From IMG/VR virus record IMGVR_UViG_3300045988_164636, positions 62,875 through 126,874 of that record: a DNA stretch of 64,000 bases. One strand, given 5' to 3'. Below, piece by piece: positions 27,706 through 37,338 of this stretch (position 1 is its first letter; every line of letters begins with the position of its first letter). Source of the stretch: a virus. The notes beneath the pieces are model-generated. The model had not been told where the DNA came from. It saw only the letters and a list, made by a program, of their open reading frames with translations, and made no database searches. Both the position numbers and the translations under genes were made by a program.

Positions 27706-28049
27706 TTAAGAATTTACGCCACAGTTACATCCGCAACCATTATATCCATAATTCGCATAAGGACTCTGAACAATATATGCGGGGATTGCAGCCTTCTGTC
27801 CTAACTGACTTACAAGATAATTGTTTTGAGCTTCTTGAGATGCAGCAAACTTAAGACTCTGATTTTCTGCTGTAAGTGTAGCAATTTTATCCTGAGTTAA
27901 GAAGTCTAAGATAGAACGAGTATTTGCATCTTGGTTAGTTGTAATAGCTGTTGTTGCATCAGCTATAGCCTGTCTTGTCTGACATGATTGTTCTGCTAAT
28001 CTGTAATTAAGATCTGATGCCTGAGTAGCTGATTGATAACGTAAATCAC
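27706..28049 (-). CDS. Cys-rich single-pass membrane protein, exon 2 of 2
   Basis: Open frame with no start codon: ..DLRYQSATQASDLNYRLAEQSC..ENQSLKFAASQEAQNNYLVSQL..GYNGCGCNCGVNS, stop at 27706-27708. Confidence 0.6.
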
Positions 28050-29142
28050 CGTTTTGTTACCCTAGAGATTCTTTATTCTCTAGTTCTTATAGTTTCCTAT
28101 AAGTTCAGACTATATCTTCACCCTTTTGTTAAAGGGGTTCGGCACTCGTGTTGGTATTATTGTCTGTCATGACTCAACCATTAGTCGTTGAACCTTCCAA
28201 TTACTTTTATTGACTTTCATTGGCTTGGCTGCTGATTGGCATATTCACAAGTATGACCCATACAAATTTTTCTTCCTTCTCGTAAACTTTTATTTAATGT
28301 CACTGGTTTTAATCCTACTGCTAATGCGGCTTCTGTCCCTGAGTTATAATAAATTCCATCAACAATAACAGGGTGTCCTTGTCTAGATGGTTTCTTTAAA
28401 CCGTCTTTATATCTACATTCTTTTCCGTCCGGTGATTTTCCCAATTGACACCAACTTGAAATTGTTGTCTGAGAAACCCCATAATAAGTAGCTGCATCAA
28501 TAGCCCCTTCAAATTCTTTACCCTCTATAATGACTGCTCTTTTATGAGCTTTTCCATTCTTCTGGGCAACTTCTTTATTATACATAGGATTCTTTTCTCT
28601 CATGCGCTGTCGTTGTTCTTCTGATTTCATCGGATTATTTTTTGACCAATATTCTCTTAATTCTGGTGTCCAAACAACTTCTAAACCACCATGACCAGCT
28701 TCAGCCAGATTACATTTACACTGATTTTGTTTTTTATATTCATCTGTAATCTTTTTTTCTTCTATAAAAGCCTCTTGTTCAGTAAGATTATCTGATATAA
28801 TTCTAACTTCTGTGTTATGCGTAGCAAAATAATTAAGAAATTCTTGATTTCTATGTCTAGTATCTGAATATCTTTTTCCGCATCCTTTTCCTACATAAAA
28901 CACTTCTCCAGTATCTAAATCATACCATTCATACACATAAAATTTACATAATTCTTCTTGCATAATTTTAAACTCCTCTATATTATATTTTATCAGATAC
29001 CGTATATCTGATTTCATATATCTTAGAAAAATCTAAAAATATAATTATTTTGTATTGACCATTTTTTGTGAACTTAGCTTTCCAGCAATTCACCGAATTA
29101 TTTTTCTAATAATTACTTATTAGGCTGCCATGATTTTGTTAT
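28050..29142 (-). mobile_element. group I intron D (1093 nt) carrying a GIY-YIG homing endonuclease
   Basis: gcugcu| pairs with ggcagc 13 nt downstream (U-G wobble). Core gguucaacgacuaaugg and gaagauauagucugaac. Ends ..gguaacaaaacg|. Has a 25-nt block identical to intron A. Confidence 0.75.
28217..28963 (-). CDS. GIY-YIG homing endonuclease
   Basis: FYVYEWYD..EVFYVGKGCGKRY. RBS gaggag before ATG 28963. C-terminal HTH-like GVSQTTISSW. The track start 29017 reads through intron RNA. Confidence 0.85.
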   Translation of the reverse strand: MQEELCKFYVYEWYDLDTGEVFYVGKGCGKRYSDTRHRNQEFLNYFATHNTEVRIISDNLTEQEAFIEEKKITDEYKKQNQCKCNLAEAGHGGLEVVWTPELREYWSKNNPMKSEEQRQRMREKNPMYNKEVAQKNGKAHKRAVIIEGKEFEGAIDAATYYGVSQTTISSWCQLGKSPDGKECRYKDGLKKPSRQGHPVIVDGIYYNSGTEAALAVGLKPVTLNKSLREGRKICMGHTCEYANQQPSQ

Positions 29143-29596
29143 AGCAGCAATTCGACATCTGTGTTCCTAAGCTAGTTAACTGAGCACCAATAGCATTAGT
29201 ATTTTGCATAGCTTCTACTGTATTATTGTTGATTGCAGCAGTTACACCCGCCTGAGCTGTTTGAATTGAGTTCTGTATAGTATTAAAACCATTTAACATT
29301 CCAGTGTTCATTGCATAGAAGCCATCACAAATACCGCTATTTACAGTATCCAGTTTTCTTTCGATGTTAGCAAAGTCAGATGTTAGTATATAACCATCTG
29401 TAATGCCCGAACCTGTAGATGAACCTCCGAAAAGTCCACCATTATTCCATCCACCTGCAAAGCAGAAAAGGAACAAGATAATAATCCACCAGGCAGAATT
29501 TCCACCCATAAATCCATCGTCATAATTTCTGTTGTTGCCACCGGTTGCAGCAGCAATGTCGGCTAAAGAATAGCCACTATTTGTTGTGTTGAACAT
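29143..29596 (-). CDS. Cys-rich single-pass membrane protein, exon 1 of 2
   Basis: MFNTTNSG.., G/N-rich flanks around a TM helix WWIIILFLFCFAGGW, then N/Q/T-rich helical repeats. The spliced junction gives ..QMSNCC-C-DLRY.. in frame (798 nt in total). Confidence 0.6.
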
Positions 29597-29631
29597 ATAA
29601 TGTCCTCCCTTTTCTTAAAAATATAATATAT

Positions 29632-29868
29632 TTAAATGCCTAAAGTTTTTCTAAAGGCATTAAATTCTTTATCAAAATCAATTCCTTTTTCTTTCATTAA
29701 ATTTCTTGCAAAAGTTTCAATACCTTTTTCATCATTCGATTGAGCCATTTGCATTAAATTTGCCATTAAAGGATTGTTGTTATTTTGTTGTAATAAATTT
29801 AACATTAATTGTTGTGGGTTATTTCCACTTTTCATCATTTGAATTAATTGCATAGGATTAACTTTCAT
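29632..29868 (-). CDS. hypothetical Q/N/M-rich small protein
   Basis: 78 aa, low-complexity N-terminal half (NPQQLMLNLLQQNNNNPLMANLMQM). RBS ggaggaaata. Confidence 0.45.
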   Translation of the reverse strand: MKVNPMQLIQMMKSGNNPQQLMLNLLQQNNNNPLMANLMQMAQSNDEKGIETFARNLMKEKGIDFDKEFNAFRKTLGI

Positions 29869-29880
29869 TTTATTTCCTCC

Positions 29881-30276
29881 TTAAAAATTAATTTCTGCGG
29901 AAGGCTTAGGTTGAACGCCTCCACCCATCTCCGCCCGCAATGACTGAATAGCTTTCTCAAATTCATCTCTCGTTATATAACTTGATGAGGTTGTATCTTC
30001 AATTAATTGGTAAACATTTAAAGTAGCTGTACCATCTAAATTAATTTGTTTGGTATAAATTTTTTTATTCCCAATATCAGTAAAAATATGTAAACTTCCA
30101 TCTAAATCAATTTGAGCTGCACGTGCTTCTTCTATTGATACAACAGGACGACCTTTAAGAAAATTTTGTGGTATTGGTGCTTGCGTTTCCATCTGCATAG
30201 GCTGAGATGGCATTTGAGGACGCTGTTGAAATTGCGGCTGATAATAATATTGAGGTTGTTGTGGAAAATTATACAT
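29881..30276 (-). CDS. hypothetical protein with Q/P-rich N-terminus
   Basis: 131 aa. MYNFPQQPQYYYQPQFQQRPQMPSQPMQ followed by a beta-rich domain. First gene after terminator 30456-30479. Confidence 0.45.
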   Translation of the reverse strand: MYNFPQQPQYYYQPQFQQRPQMPSQPMQMETQAPIPQNFLKGRPVVSIEEARAAQIDLDGSLHIFTDIGNKKIYTKQINLDGTATLNVYQLIEDTTSSSYITRDEFEKAIQSLRAEMGGGVQPKPSAEINF

Positions 30277-30446
30277 TTTTTTATCACTCCTTTCGCTCTC
30301 ACTTATTATTAAAAAATAGCTGGTAATATTTTTCTTACTTTTACCAATTTTTGGAAATTTATTAAATTGTAAATTTTAATAGAAAAGTAACGATAGAAGT
30401 ATCATTTTTATTTTTATTAATTATTAATTGCTAACAAAAACAGATA

Positions 30447-30479
30447 AAAAAAATAGGAGTACATATAAATGTACTCCTT
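30447..30479 (-). terminator. rho-independent terminator ending the tail operon
   Basis: aggagtacat (30456-30465) / atgtactcct (30470-30479). The A-run 30447-30454 is the T-run on the minus strand. Confidence 0.7.
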
Positions 30480-30489
30480 ATTTTTATTA

Positions 30490-32538
30490 TTATCTTCTTT
30501 GAATTACTCTTTTTGCAGTAATTGACATTGTTCCGCCCAAATCCATGGGTATAGTCATACTATTAATTACATACTCTCCACTAATTAAACTTTCTTCATC
30601 TTCAACAGTAATAATCATATTTGGTTCTAAATAATATATTGGTAAACATTGCAACGTAATGCTCTCATTATAATTAGTATATTCATAGATTAAATCTTTC
30701 ATTAAGTTATATGCAGAATTAAGAGTTCCGCCTAGAATTGTATTTATTTCTATTAAATTGTTTTTATCTTTATCTAATAATGAGGATACATTTAAATATT
30801 TTTGTCCTCTATCTTGACACCATTTAATCTCTTCTGTAGTATAACAAAATACATAGTCTTCGATTATAGGTTCAAAAATACAATTTACCTTATCATCAGA
30901 TACTACTTTCGTCATTCTCCCTATTGTTGAAACACTTATATTATTATATGCTTCTCCTTTTTCAATGAAATCTAAAAAATAATCTATATTAGAACATTGT
31001 TCTATAGACTTTTCTTTAAATCTGCCTTTTATAACATCATAGATTTTTGTCCATTCATTAACAAGTTCTGTATAATAATAGTTACTATCTGTCGCATATC
31101 TTTCCGATAAACAACCTTGAATATATAATTCTGTCCGCCAATCTTTAATAGCTATATCTTTATAAATTTTCAGATTGGTATCATTGTTATCTTTATCTAT
31201 TGTTTTCCAAGAATTATCTTCCCAATAGCTATATTCATCTAAATCTTTGGTATGATAAATCATTCCGGGATACCCTTGTAAAGGTCTGTTACTATGAGTA
31301 TTAATTTCAATAGGTGGTTTAATTAAAGTTGTTGTTTCATATATTTCTTTATCTTTATCTACTAATTGAGTATAATCCCATTGAACAAAATCGCAAGTTT
31401 TTCGAAGCGGTGGTTTTTTATCTAAAGTTAAATGATACCTAATTGGAACTTCTTTATCTGCTGCAGTTTTTCTCTTGCCCCATACAATAAAATCATTTTT
31501 TACCATATCATATTGTGGAGTATTTTGATATGAAACAATTAAATTACTATTATCAAAATTATATGCACTATAGACCGTAGAAGGTGTAGTATTATATTGA
31601 ATTTGTTCTAAATTTTGAGTAGATGCTTTTGTAGTATTATAGTAATTCTTTTTTTCTTGAAAATGGAAATATCCTTGCGTATCAAAAAAATATTCATAAT
31701 TACCAAGTTTATTTTTTATTTTATCAAGAATTGTGCAAACATTATCTCCTTGATTGGCAGTCAGTTCTTCATCATAATAAAAGTTTGTATAATGAAAACC
31801 AATATCATCTCCTTCATAGAAGATTTTTTCCCAAGTATCAAGTAATTCCGCATCATTATCAACCATCATTACTTGATTAGTAGAATAATTCACACAAAGT
31901 TTCTTTGAACTATTATTCCACCTTAGTACTTCTTTAGCAATAGTATCAATATCTTTAATAATAATTTTCTCTAATGGTATATTTCCAAAATGATTTACAA
32001 CTTCTTGAATAATTTGATAAATAGGAATTTTTTTTGTTTCTATATCGCCAGAAGGTGTTATTTCATCAACTTTATCAAATATACAATAGGCGGGAAGAAT
32101 ACCTCCACGACTACCATTTAATAAACACATTTTATCTTGTAAAGATAAACTAATTGAAACACCATTTGTACCTCTGCTAATATTAGGATTAATAATAATA
32201 AAAATACCAAGAGGAAACCAAATTATTTTTTCTTCTTGATATTTAGCTGTACGATTAGCATACCCAATAAATATTTTTATTCTTTTATTTATAGATAGTA
32301 AATTACTTGTTTCCATAACATTTCTATATTTATCATCTGCAATCATATTTAAAGTACAAGTGCGGCGGACGGAGGAATCTCCATTTATAGATAAAGTTCC
32401 GCCGCTTGTAACATATCCTTGAATTTCTTCAAGTTCATATTCGTTTTGATCTAATACAATAATTCTTATGTACTGCTCTTTTTCCGACATTTCGTCTAAT
32501 TCTCTTAAAAAATTTTTATCATTTAAATAGTTATTCAT
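30490..32538 (-). CDS. tail-tip / baseplate-hub-like structural protein (Tal-like N-terminus)
   Basis: 682 aa. The N-terminal ..GGTLSINGDSSVRRTCTLNM.. pattern is typical of siphophage tail-associated proteins. Last gene of the tail operon. Confidence 0.45.
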   Translation of the reverse strand: MNNYLNDKNFLRELDEMSEKEQYIRIIVLDQNEYELEEIQGYVTSGGTLSINGDSSVRRTCTLNMIADDKYRNVMETSNLLSINKRIKIFIGYANRTAKYQEEKIIWFPLGIFIIINPNISRGTNGVSISLSLQDKMCLLNGSRGGILPAYCIFDKVDEITPSGDIETKKIPIYQIIQEVVNHFGNIPLEKIIIKDIDTIAKEVLRWNNSSKKLCVNYSTNQVMMVDNDAELLDTWEKIFYEGDDIGFHYTNFYYDEELTANQGDNVCTILDKIKNKLGNYEYFFDTQGYFHFQEKKNYYNTTKASTQNLEQIQYNTTPSTVYSAYNFDNSNLIVSYQNTPQYDMVKNDFIVWGKRKTAADKEVPIRYHLTLDKKPPLRKTCDFVQWDYTQLVDKDKEIYETTTLIKPPIEINTHSNRPLQGYPGMIYHTKDLDEYSYWEDNSWKTIDKDNNDTNLKIYKDIAIKDWRTELYIQGCLSERYATDSNYYYTELVNEWTKIYDVIKGRFKEKSIEQCSNIDYFLDFIEKGEAYNNISVSTIGRMTKVVSDDKVNCIFEPIIEDYVFCYTTEEIKWCQDRGQKYLNVSSLLDKDKNNLIEINTILGGTLNSAYNLMKDLIYEYTNYNESITLQCLPIYYLEPNMIITVEDEESLISGEYVINSMTIPMDLGGTMSITAKRVIQRR

Positions 32539-32542
32539 ATTA

Positions 32543-34453
32543 TCAATCCTCCACCCATATTAAATAAAGTATTAATTGATTATCTTTATCTTTTTCTAAT
32601 TCTTTAGTTAATACAGAAGTAGCATTATAATTACTAATTAATTGATTATCTTTAAAAGTAAGTGCAGAATTAGCCGCCTTAAGAATATATTCAAAATGAC
32701 CTTTAATTTCATCTGTCTTTAACACATTATACTTATTATAATTTTCAATAGTATCTTCTGCAATTTCTGTGGCTGTTGCGGAAAAGCTATATATTCTACG
32801 ACTTAAAGTCTTATTTGGGGTTAAAGAAATATTCGTTAATTTTACAAGAATATTACCTTCTGTTAATGTTCTTAATAATTTAACATTATTTGCATATAAA
32901 ATATCTATAACTTTATCCCTAAAGTATTTTTCATATATATAATTATTTACATTAGGTTGGATATTATATTGTTTTATAAAATTATTATAACATTCTTCTC
33001 CCACTTTACTTTTAATAATATCTTCTGAATATAATATATTCTTAGAAATTTCTTCAATAAGAATATTTTCTTGAGATTTATTATGTATCATTACACTATT
33101 ATTAAAAATGCCAACTGAATTATCATACATATTTTCTGCTTCTGAGCAAATTGTACCAGAAATATTAAATTGTCTATATTTTGTATTTCCGCTTCTAAAA
33201 ATTGTTGGATATTGATTTCCAAGAGTGTTAGTTATCTGTTCATTAACAACATACTTGAAATTAGTTATATCTTGATCAAATCTAATCCTTAAAGAATTAT
33301 CCTTATTATCTAAGAACATATCTTCAAAATAACACACTTTTGGTTCTTCTGTAGGTGTATAAAACTTACTATATACATTATTTGGAGCAATTAAAATAAA
33401 ACCATATTTATACCAAACTGATGCAGCAATAGTTGTATCTCTCCAAACAAAAGTATCTTCCTGCTCACTGATTAAAAAAGAACAGTCTCTAACTTTTTCC
33501 CAAATGCCATAAGGATTAATTGCTTCTGAACTTGTTCTCATTATTTGAATATGAATTAAATTATTAGGTTTAAAATCGGGGTTTATGATTTTATATAATC
33601 CTTTAATTGTTAAAATCATATCTCCTCTATCAGTTTCAGGAATTACTGACATTGATATTCCCCCTATGGGAAGAATATCTTCTTCTATAAATTCAGTAGT
33701 AAAAGTAAAAAGAGAAGAAGCTTGATTATATTTTTTATGAGTTTGGTATTCTACTAAAATTTTATATTCATGATTATTTAATAGTAAATTTTTAAAAGTA
33801 TAACTTAAAGAACTGATGTATTTATTTGTTGTTTTATCTTGATCTGGAGCATCAATAGTAATCCAATTTGTCCAGTCTGCTTCTCCTAATTTTAATCTTA
33901 TCTTTTCCACACTGTCATAATTATTATCATAACTTATTGTTATATTGCCAGTGAATATTTTTGATTCAAAAAAGCCTTTCTCATTTAAATGCGGCTGTGG
34001 AGAGCAAGTAAAAGTTGGTTCTTCAGTTAATTGCAGTATTCCTACCTCAGACCATTCTGATAATCTACCAGAATTCTTAGATACCCAAGTAGGAAAATTA
34101 TAATCTAAGTGAGATACAATGCTTCCAGTTGATACAAAACGTATCTGAAATTTAAACTGTGTATTTGCGGAAGATTCTGTTAACCAAGAATCGCTAATAC
34201 CAATATAATACATATTGCTATTTTCTTTTTTATGAATATTAGTAGTTTCAAATTGATAAATTCCGTAAGGTGCTTTTTCATTTGTAATGATATTATTATT
34301 AGAAATATCTCTCAATGTAATTTGAATTGCTGCAATATCTGATATTATATTAAATTGAGAAAAAGAAAAATATAAATAATAAACATTTTCTTTTCCATAT
34401 ATTTGAGTAGGCTGATCAATCAAGACTTCTGGCGGAAATAATGTAGTCGCCAT
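32543..34453 (-). CDS. tail-tip structural protein
   Basis: 636-aa ORF in the tail-tip cluster. Function is inferred from position only. Confidence 0.4.
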   Translation of the reverse strand: MATTLFPPEVLIDQPTQIYGKENVYYLYFSFSQFNIISDIAAIQITLRDISNNNIITNEKAPYGIYQFETTNIHKKENSNMYYIGISDSWLTESSANTQFKFQIRFVSTGSIVSHLDYNFPTWVSKNSGRLSEWSEVGILQLTEEPTFTCSPQPHLNEKGFFESKIFTGNITISYDNNYDSVEKIRLKLGEADWTNWITIDAPDQDKTTNKYISSLSYTFKNLLLNNHEYKILVEYQTHKKYNQASSLFTFTTEFIEEDILPIGGISMSVIPETDRGDMILTIKGLYKIINPDFKPNNLIHIQIMRTSSEAINPYGIWEKVRDCSFLISEQEDTFVWRDTTIAASVWYKYGFILIAPNNVYSKFYTPTEEPKVCYFEDMFLDNKDNSLRIRFDQDITNFKYVVNEQITNTLGNQYPTIFRSGNTKYRQFNISGTICSEAENMYDNSVGIFNNSVMIHNKSQENILIEEISKNILYSEDIIKSKVGEECYNNFIKQYNIQPNVNNYIYEKYFRDKVIDILYANNVKLLRTLTEGNILVKLTNISLTPNKTLSRRIYSFSATATEIAEDTIENYNKYNVLKTDEIKGHFEYILKAANSALTFKDNQLISNYNATSVLTKELEKDKDNQLILYLIWVED

Positions 34454-34480
34454 CTCCTTTTTCCTCCTTTATATTCATTA

Positions 34481-34924
34481 TTATTGAAGTTTTTTAGGTA
34501 AAGCTCTAAGTTCTTCCATTAAATTATGAACAAAACTATTGCCGCCTTCAACTTCATAATGAGAAAATCTCTTTTCTAAACAATCAAGAGTATAATCATC
34601 TATATATTTTTGTCGATAACAATAAAAGTGATGTTTTTCTGTTATCCAAGCTTTTATATCATCTTTATCTGATTCTATAAGTAAATTCATTTTAGATTGA
34701 ATACTCTCCATATTACTTTTTAATTCTTTTATTGACTTTTCTTGCTGTCGCAATTGTTCTATTTGTCTTTGTTTTTTTGTCTGTTTATTGAACATTTTCA
34801 TTAATCTTTCTTTTACCCAATCAAAAAAAATAATAACTCCTTTTGCGGCAAGAGCTAAAACAATAGTAAAAGTAAGAAAACTTGTTATATCGAATTGTTT
34901 TAGAAGCTGTATTAATTCATTCAT
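34481..34924 (-). CDS. membrane-anchored coiled-coil protein
   Basis: 147 aa. TM helix FLTFTIVLALAAKGVIIFF, then a K/Q/E-rich helix. Embedded among the tail-tip genes. Confidence 0.4.
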   Translation of the reverse strand: MNELIQLLKQFDITSFLTFTIVLALAAKGVIIFFDWVKERLMKMFNKQTKKQRQIEQLRQQEKSIKELKSNMESIQSKMNLLIESDKDDIKAWITEKHHFYCYRQKYIDDYTLDCLEKRFSHYEVEGGNSFVHNLMEELRALPKKLQ

Positions 34925-34944
34925 TTCTATTCCCCCTATTGAAA

Positions 34945-36681
34945 TTAAGAATACTGTTTAATACTCAAATTACTTATAGAACGACCTTGCCCCTGTACAC
35001 CGCCAAAAAAAGCAATTTGTCCTTTATCTCTACTTACAGCAAAATATAAATGATAAGTAATATTATTAATGGTATTCGTATGCTCATAAACAGCATTAGC
35101 TGCTTTTCCTTTTAAACTACCTAAAATAGTTGAACAATGTAAACCTAAATGTAGTGGCTGTCTGCCGCTACCATCTAAAAATATATCTATATAATCTTGA
35201 TATATTTCTAATACTGGAGTATATTTTGTATAAATTTTTTTAGCTGTATTTACATTCCTTGGTACAATATTCTTAAGTTCTTTTTTCCATAACGTACATC
35301 CTATTGGTCCATGCCATTTAGTTTCAGGTTTCTTGTCCTCTAACTGTACATTCTTAACATAAATATATTCATCTGTTTTTCCATCAATAGTGCCGCCTCT
35401 GATGAAAAATTCTTTTAAACCGCCTAATTTAAAATAGAAACCATTTGCTGCATTATGTGGCATATTTGAAATCTTTCCGGATTTTCCTAGTTCTTCTGTA
35501 ATATATATAGGTAAATCATTTACAAAAGAAGAAAAAGTTGCTAAAGAAACAGGATTTTCAGAATTGGTTCTTTTTTTAATCAATGCTATACCTTCTGCAA
35601 AAGAAAAACTTTTTGGGGTAATATTCCCATGAATTTTATCAGCAAAAACATGCTTAAATCTATGTATTTCACTTCCTAATTGACCATCCGAAAAATCTTT
35701 GTCTATATCATCAGGAACTTGATTCTTATCATAAGTATAACATTTTCTTGGTAAAATTGTAAAGCCATCATCTCCAACTCCGCCATAAATGCTACCAACC
35801 ATTAAAGGACCACCCTTATTATTATTATACTTGGGATCCCATTTATAAACATTCATAAAACCATATTGACGGCTATTTTTATTATAATCAATTTTTCTTA
35901 TGTCTACACCAAGAGAAAGTAATGATCGACCTATACCTTCTGACCTATCTAAGAATCGCATCGCAGGACCATGATCTTCTCCATCCATAGTTAAACCTGT
36001 AATAGTTGTTGGAGCTAATACAACTCCAGTACTATTATAATCACCACTTGTATCTGACTCTATATAATGAAAGCCCGGTACATTATCTTCTTCTCTGTTT
36101 GCAATACTTCCTATTCCTTGAACATTAATATAAATAGGGCGGATATAATCAGCTTTATGTGCCATAATAGAATTACTTTTTATTTCCATTTTGTAATCAG
36201 ATACGACACCTTTATTATTAAATTTTGCAATAGTCATTGTAGGTTGAATAGATACATTATTATTTACTAAACCACTTGGATTTTTTTGAATTAATTGATA
36301 ATTATCATTATCAGTATCTTTTATAAAACCAACATTTTTGATATATATATCTTTTAATTGTGTTCCGCCTTCTGATAAACCATCTTTGCCATCAAGTATA
36401 CCGTTTTCATCAATTGTTATTTTAGGATGATTCTTCAAAGTGATTGTTCCATCTTCACTTTTTTCTGCGCTAATTATTCCGTCTGCGGCGGGACTTTCTT
36501 CAGCAGAAGGATTATATATAACATTTGTACCTACAGGAACATTTTCTTTTATTAATTCGTGAGTTTTTTCTGCGACATAAGTTTTATTACCTTCCACATC
36601 TATCTGCTCAGTAAACTTAATTTCGCCTTCTTTATAGACATTTACTTTTTCTATTTTAGTGAGGCTTGCATTATCTGCCAT
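34945..36681 (-). CDS. tail fiber / receptor-binding-type structural protein
   Basis: 578-aa beta-rich ORF downstream of the tape measure. Function is inferred from position only. Confidence 0.4.
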   Translation of the reverse strand: MADNASLTKIEKVNVYKEGEIKFTEQIDVEGNKTYVAEKTHELIKENVPVGTNVIYNPSAEESPAADGIISAEKSEDGTITLKNHPKITIDENGILDGKDGLSEGGTQLKDIYIKNVGFIKDTDNDNYQLIQKNPSGLVNNNVSIQPTMTIAKFNNKGVVSDYKMEIKSNSIMAHKADYIRPIYINVQGIGSIANREEDNVPGFHYIESDTSGDYNSTGVVLAPTTITGLTMDGEDHGPAMRFLDRSEGIGRSLLSLGVDIRKIDYNKNSRQYGFMNVYKWDPKYNNNKGGPLMVGSIYGGVGDDGFTILPRKCYTYDKNQVPDDIDKDFSDGQLGSEIHRFKHVFADKIHGNITPKSFSFAEGIALIKKRTNSENPVSLATFSSFVNDLPIYITEELGKSGKISNMPHNAANGFYFKLGGLKEFFIRGGTIDGKTDEYIYVKNVQLEDKKPETKWHGPIGCTLWKKELKNIVPRNVNTAKKIYTKYTPVLEIYQDYIDIFLDGSGRQPLHLGLHCSTILGSLKGKAANAVYEHTNTINNITYHLYFAVSRDKGQIAFFGGVQGQGRSISNLSIKQYS

Positions 36682-36684
36682 AAG

Positions 36685-36879
36685 TTATTCCTCCTTAATA
36701 TCATTTTCTGATTGAGGACTATTTCCTTCTAATTCTTTTTTAATATTATCTGCAGCAATTGTTTCTAATTGACCTACAAATTCTTTCAAAAGATAAACTA
36801 AAATTGTAGGCGGAAGCCCGCATGAATTAATAATATTAATTAAATCTTCTCTTGTTTTATAAATTGTATAATCAGTCAT
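36685..36879 (-). CDS. hypothetical protein
   Basis: 64-aa ORF with RBS aggaggaaaaagga. Confidence 0.4.
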   Translation of the reverse strand: MTDYTIYKTREDLINIINSCGLPPTILVYLLKEFVGQLETIAADNIKKELEGNSPQSENDIKEE

Positions 36880-36893
36880 ATCCTTTTTCCTCC

Positions 36894-37241
36894 TTATAAT
36901 TCATCATCATCTGACCAATATATTTCTTGTATAATATTGGGTTCAGATACGTTTTCATATGAGCCTAATATTACTTTTTGATTACCCATATCATTATTAG
37001 GAACAAGGACATAAACATTCGTACCATTAGGATAAATTGCGTTATAAGACATTGCATAAGCTTCAAATTTTAAATCTTGATATTTTAACTGATATTTTCC
37101 TTTAGCTAAATCTAAACAAGTCACAACTGTAGCTCTAATTGTTTTGTCAAAAGCTGAATCTTTTACAATTCTTTCCGCAATAATACGTGCGGCTTTACAT
37201 ATAGCGTCATTTATCTCTGAAACAGTATTCATAATTTTCAC
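36894..37241 (-). CDS. hypothetical protein
   Basis: 115-aa ORF with RBS aaggagtg, directly after the tape-measure terminator. Confidence 0.4.
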   Translation of the reverse strand: MKIMNTVSEINDAICKAARIIAERIVKDSAFDKTIRATVVTCLDLAKGKYQLKYQDLKFEAYAMSYNAIYPNGTNVYVLVPNNDMGNQKVILGSYENVSEPNIIQEIYWSDDDEL

Positions 37242-37300
37242 TCCTTGTCACTCTTTTTATATAATAAAAATAATTTTTATTACATTAAACTTCTTTACCC

Positions 37301-37334
37301 AAAAAGAAAAAAGGAGAGTATTTCTACTCTCCTT
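37301..37334 (-). terminator. rho-independent terminator after the tape-measure gene
   Basis: aaggagagta (37311-37320) / tactctcctt (37325-37334). The A-rich run 37301-37310 is the T-run on the minus strand. Confidence 0.6.
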
Positions 37335-37338
37335 TAAT

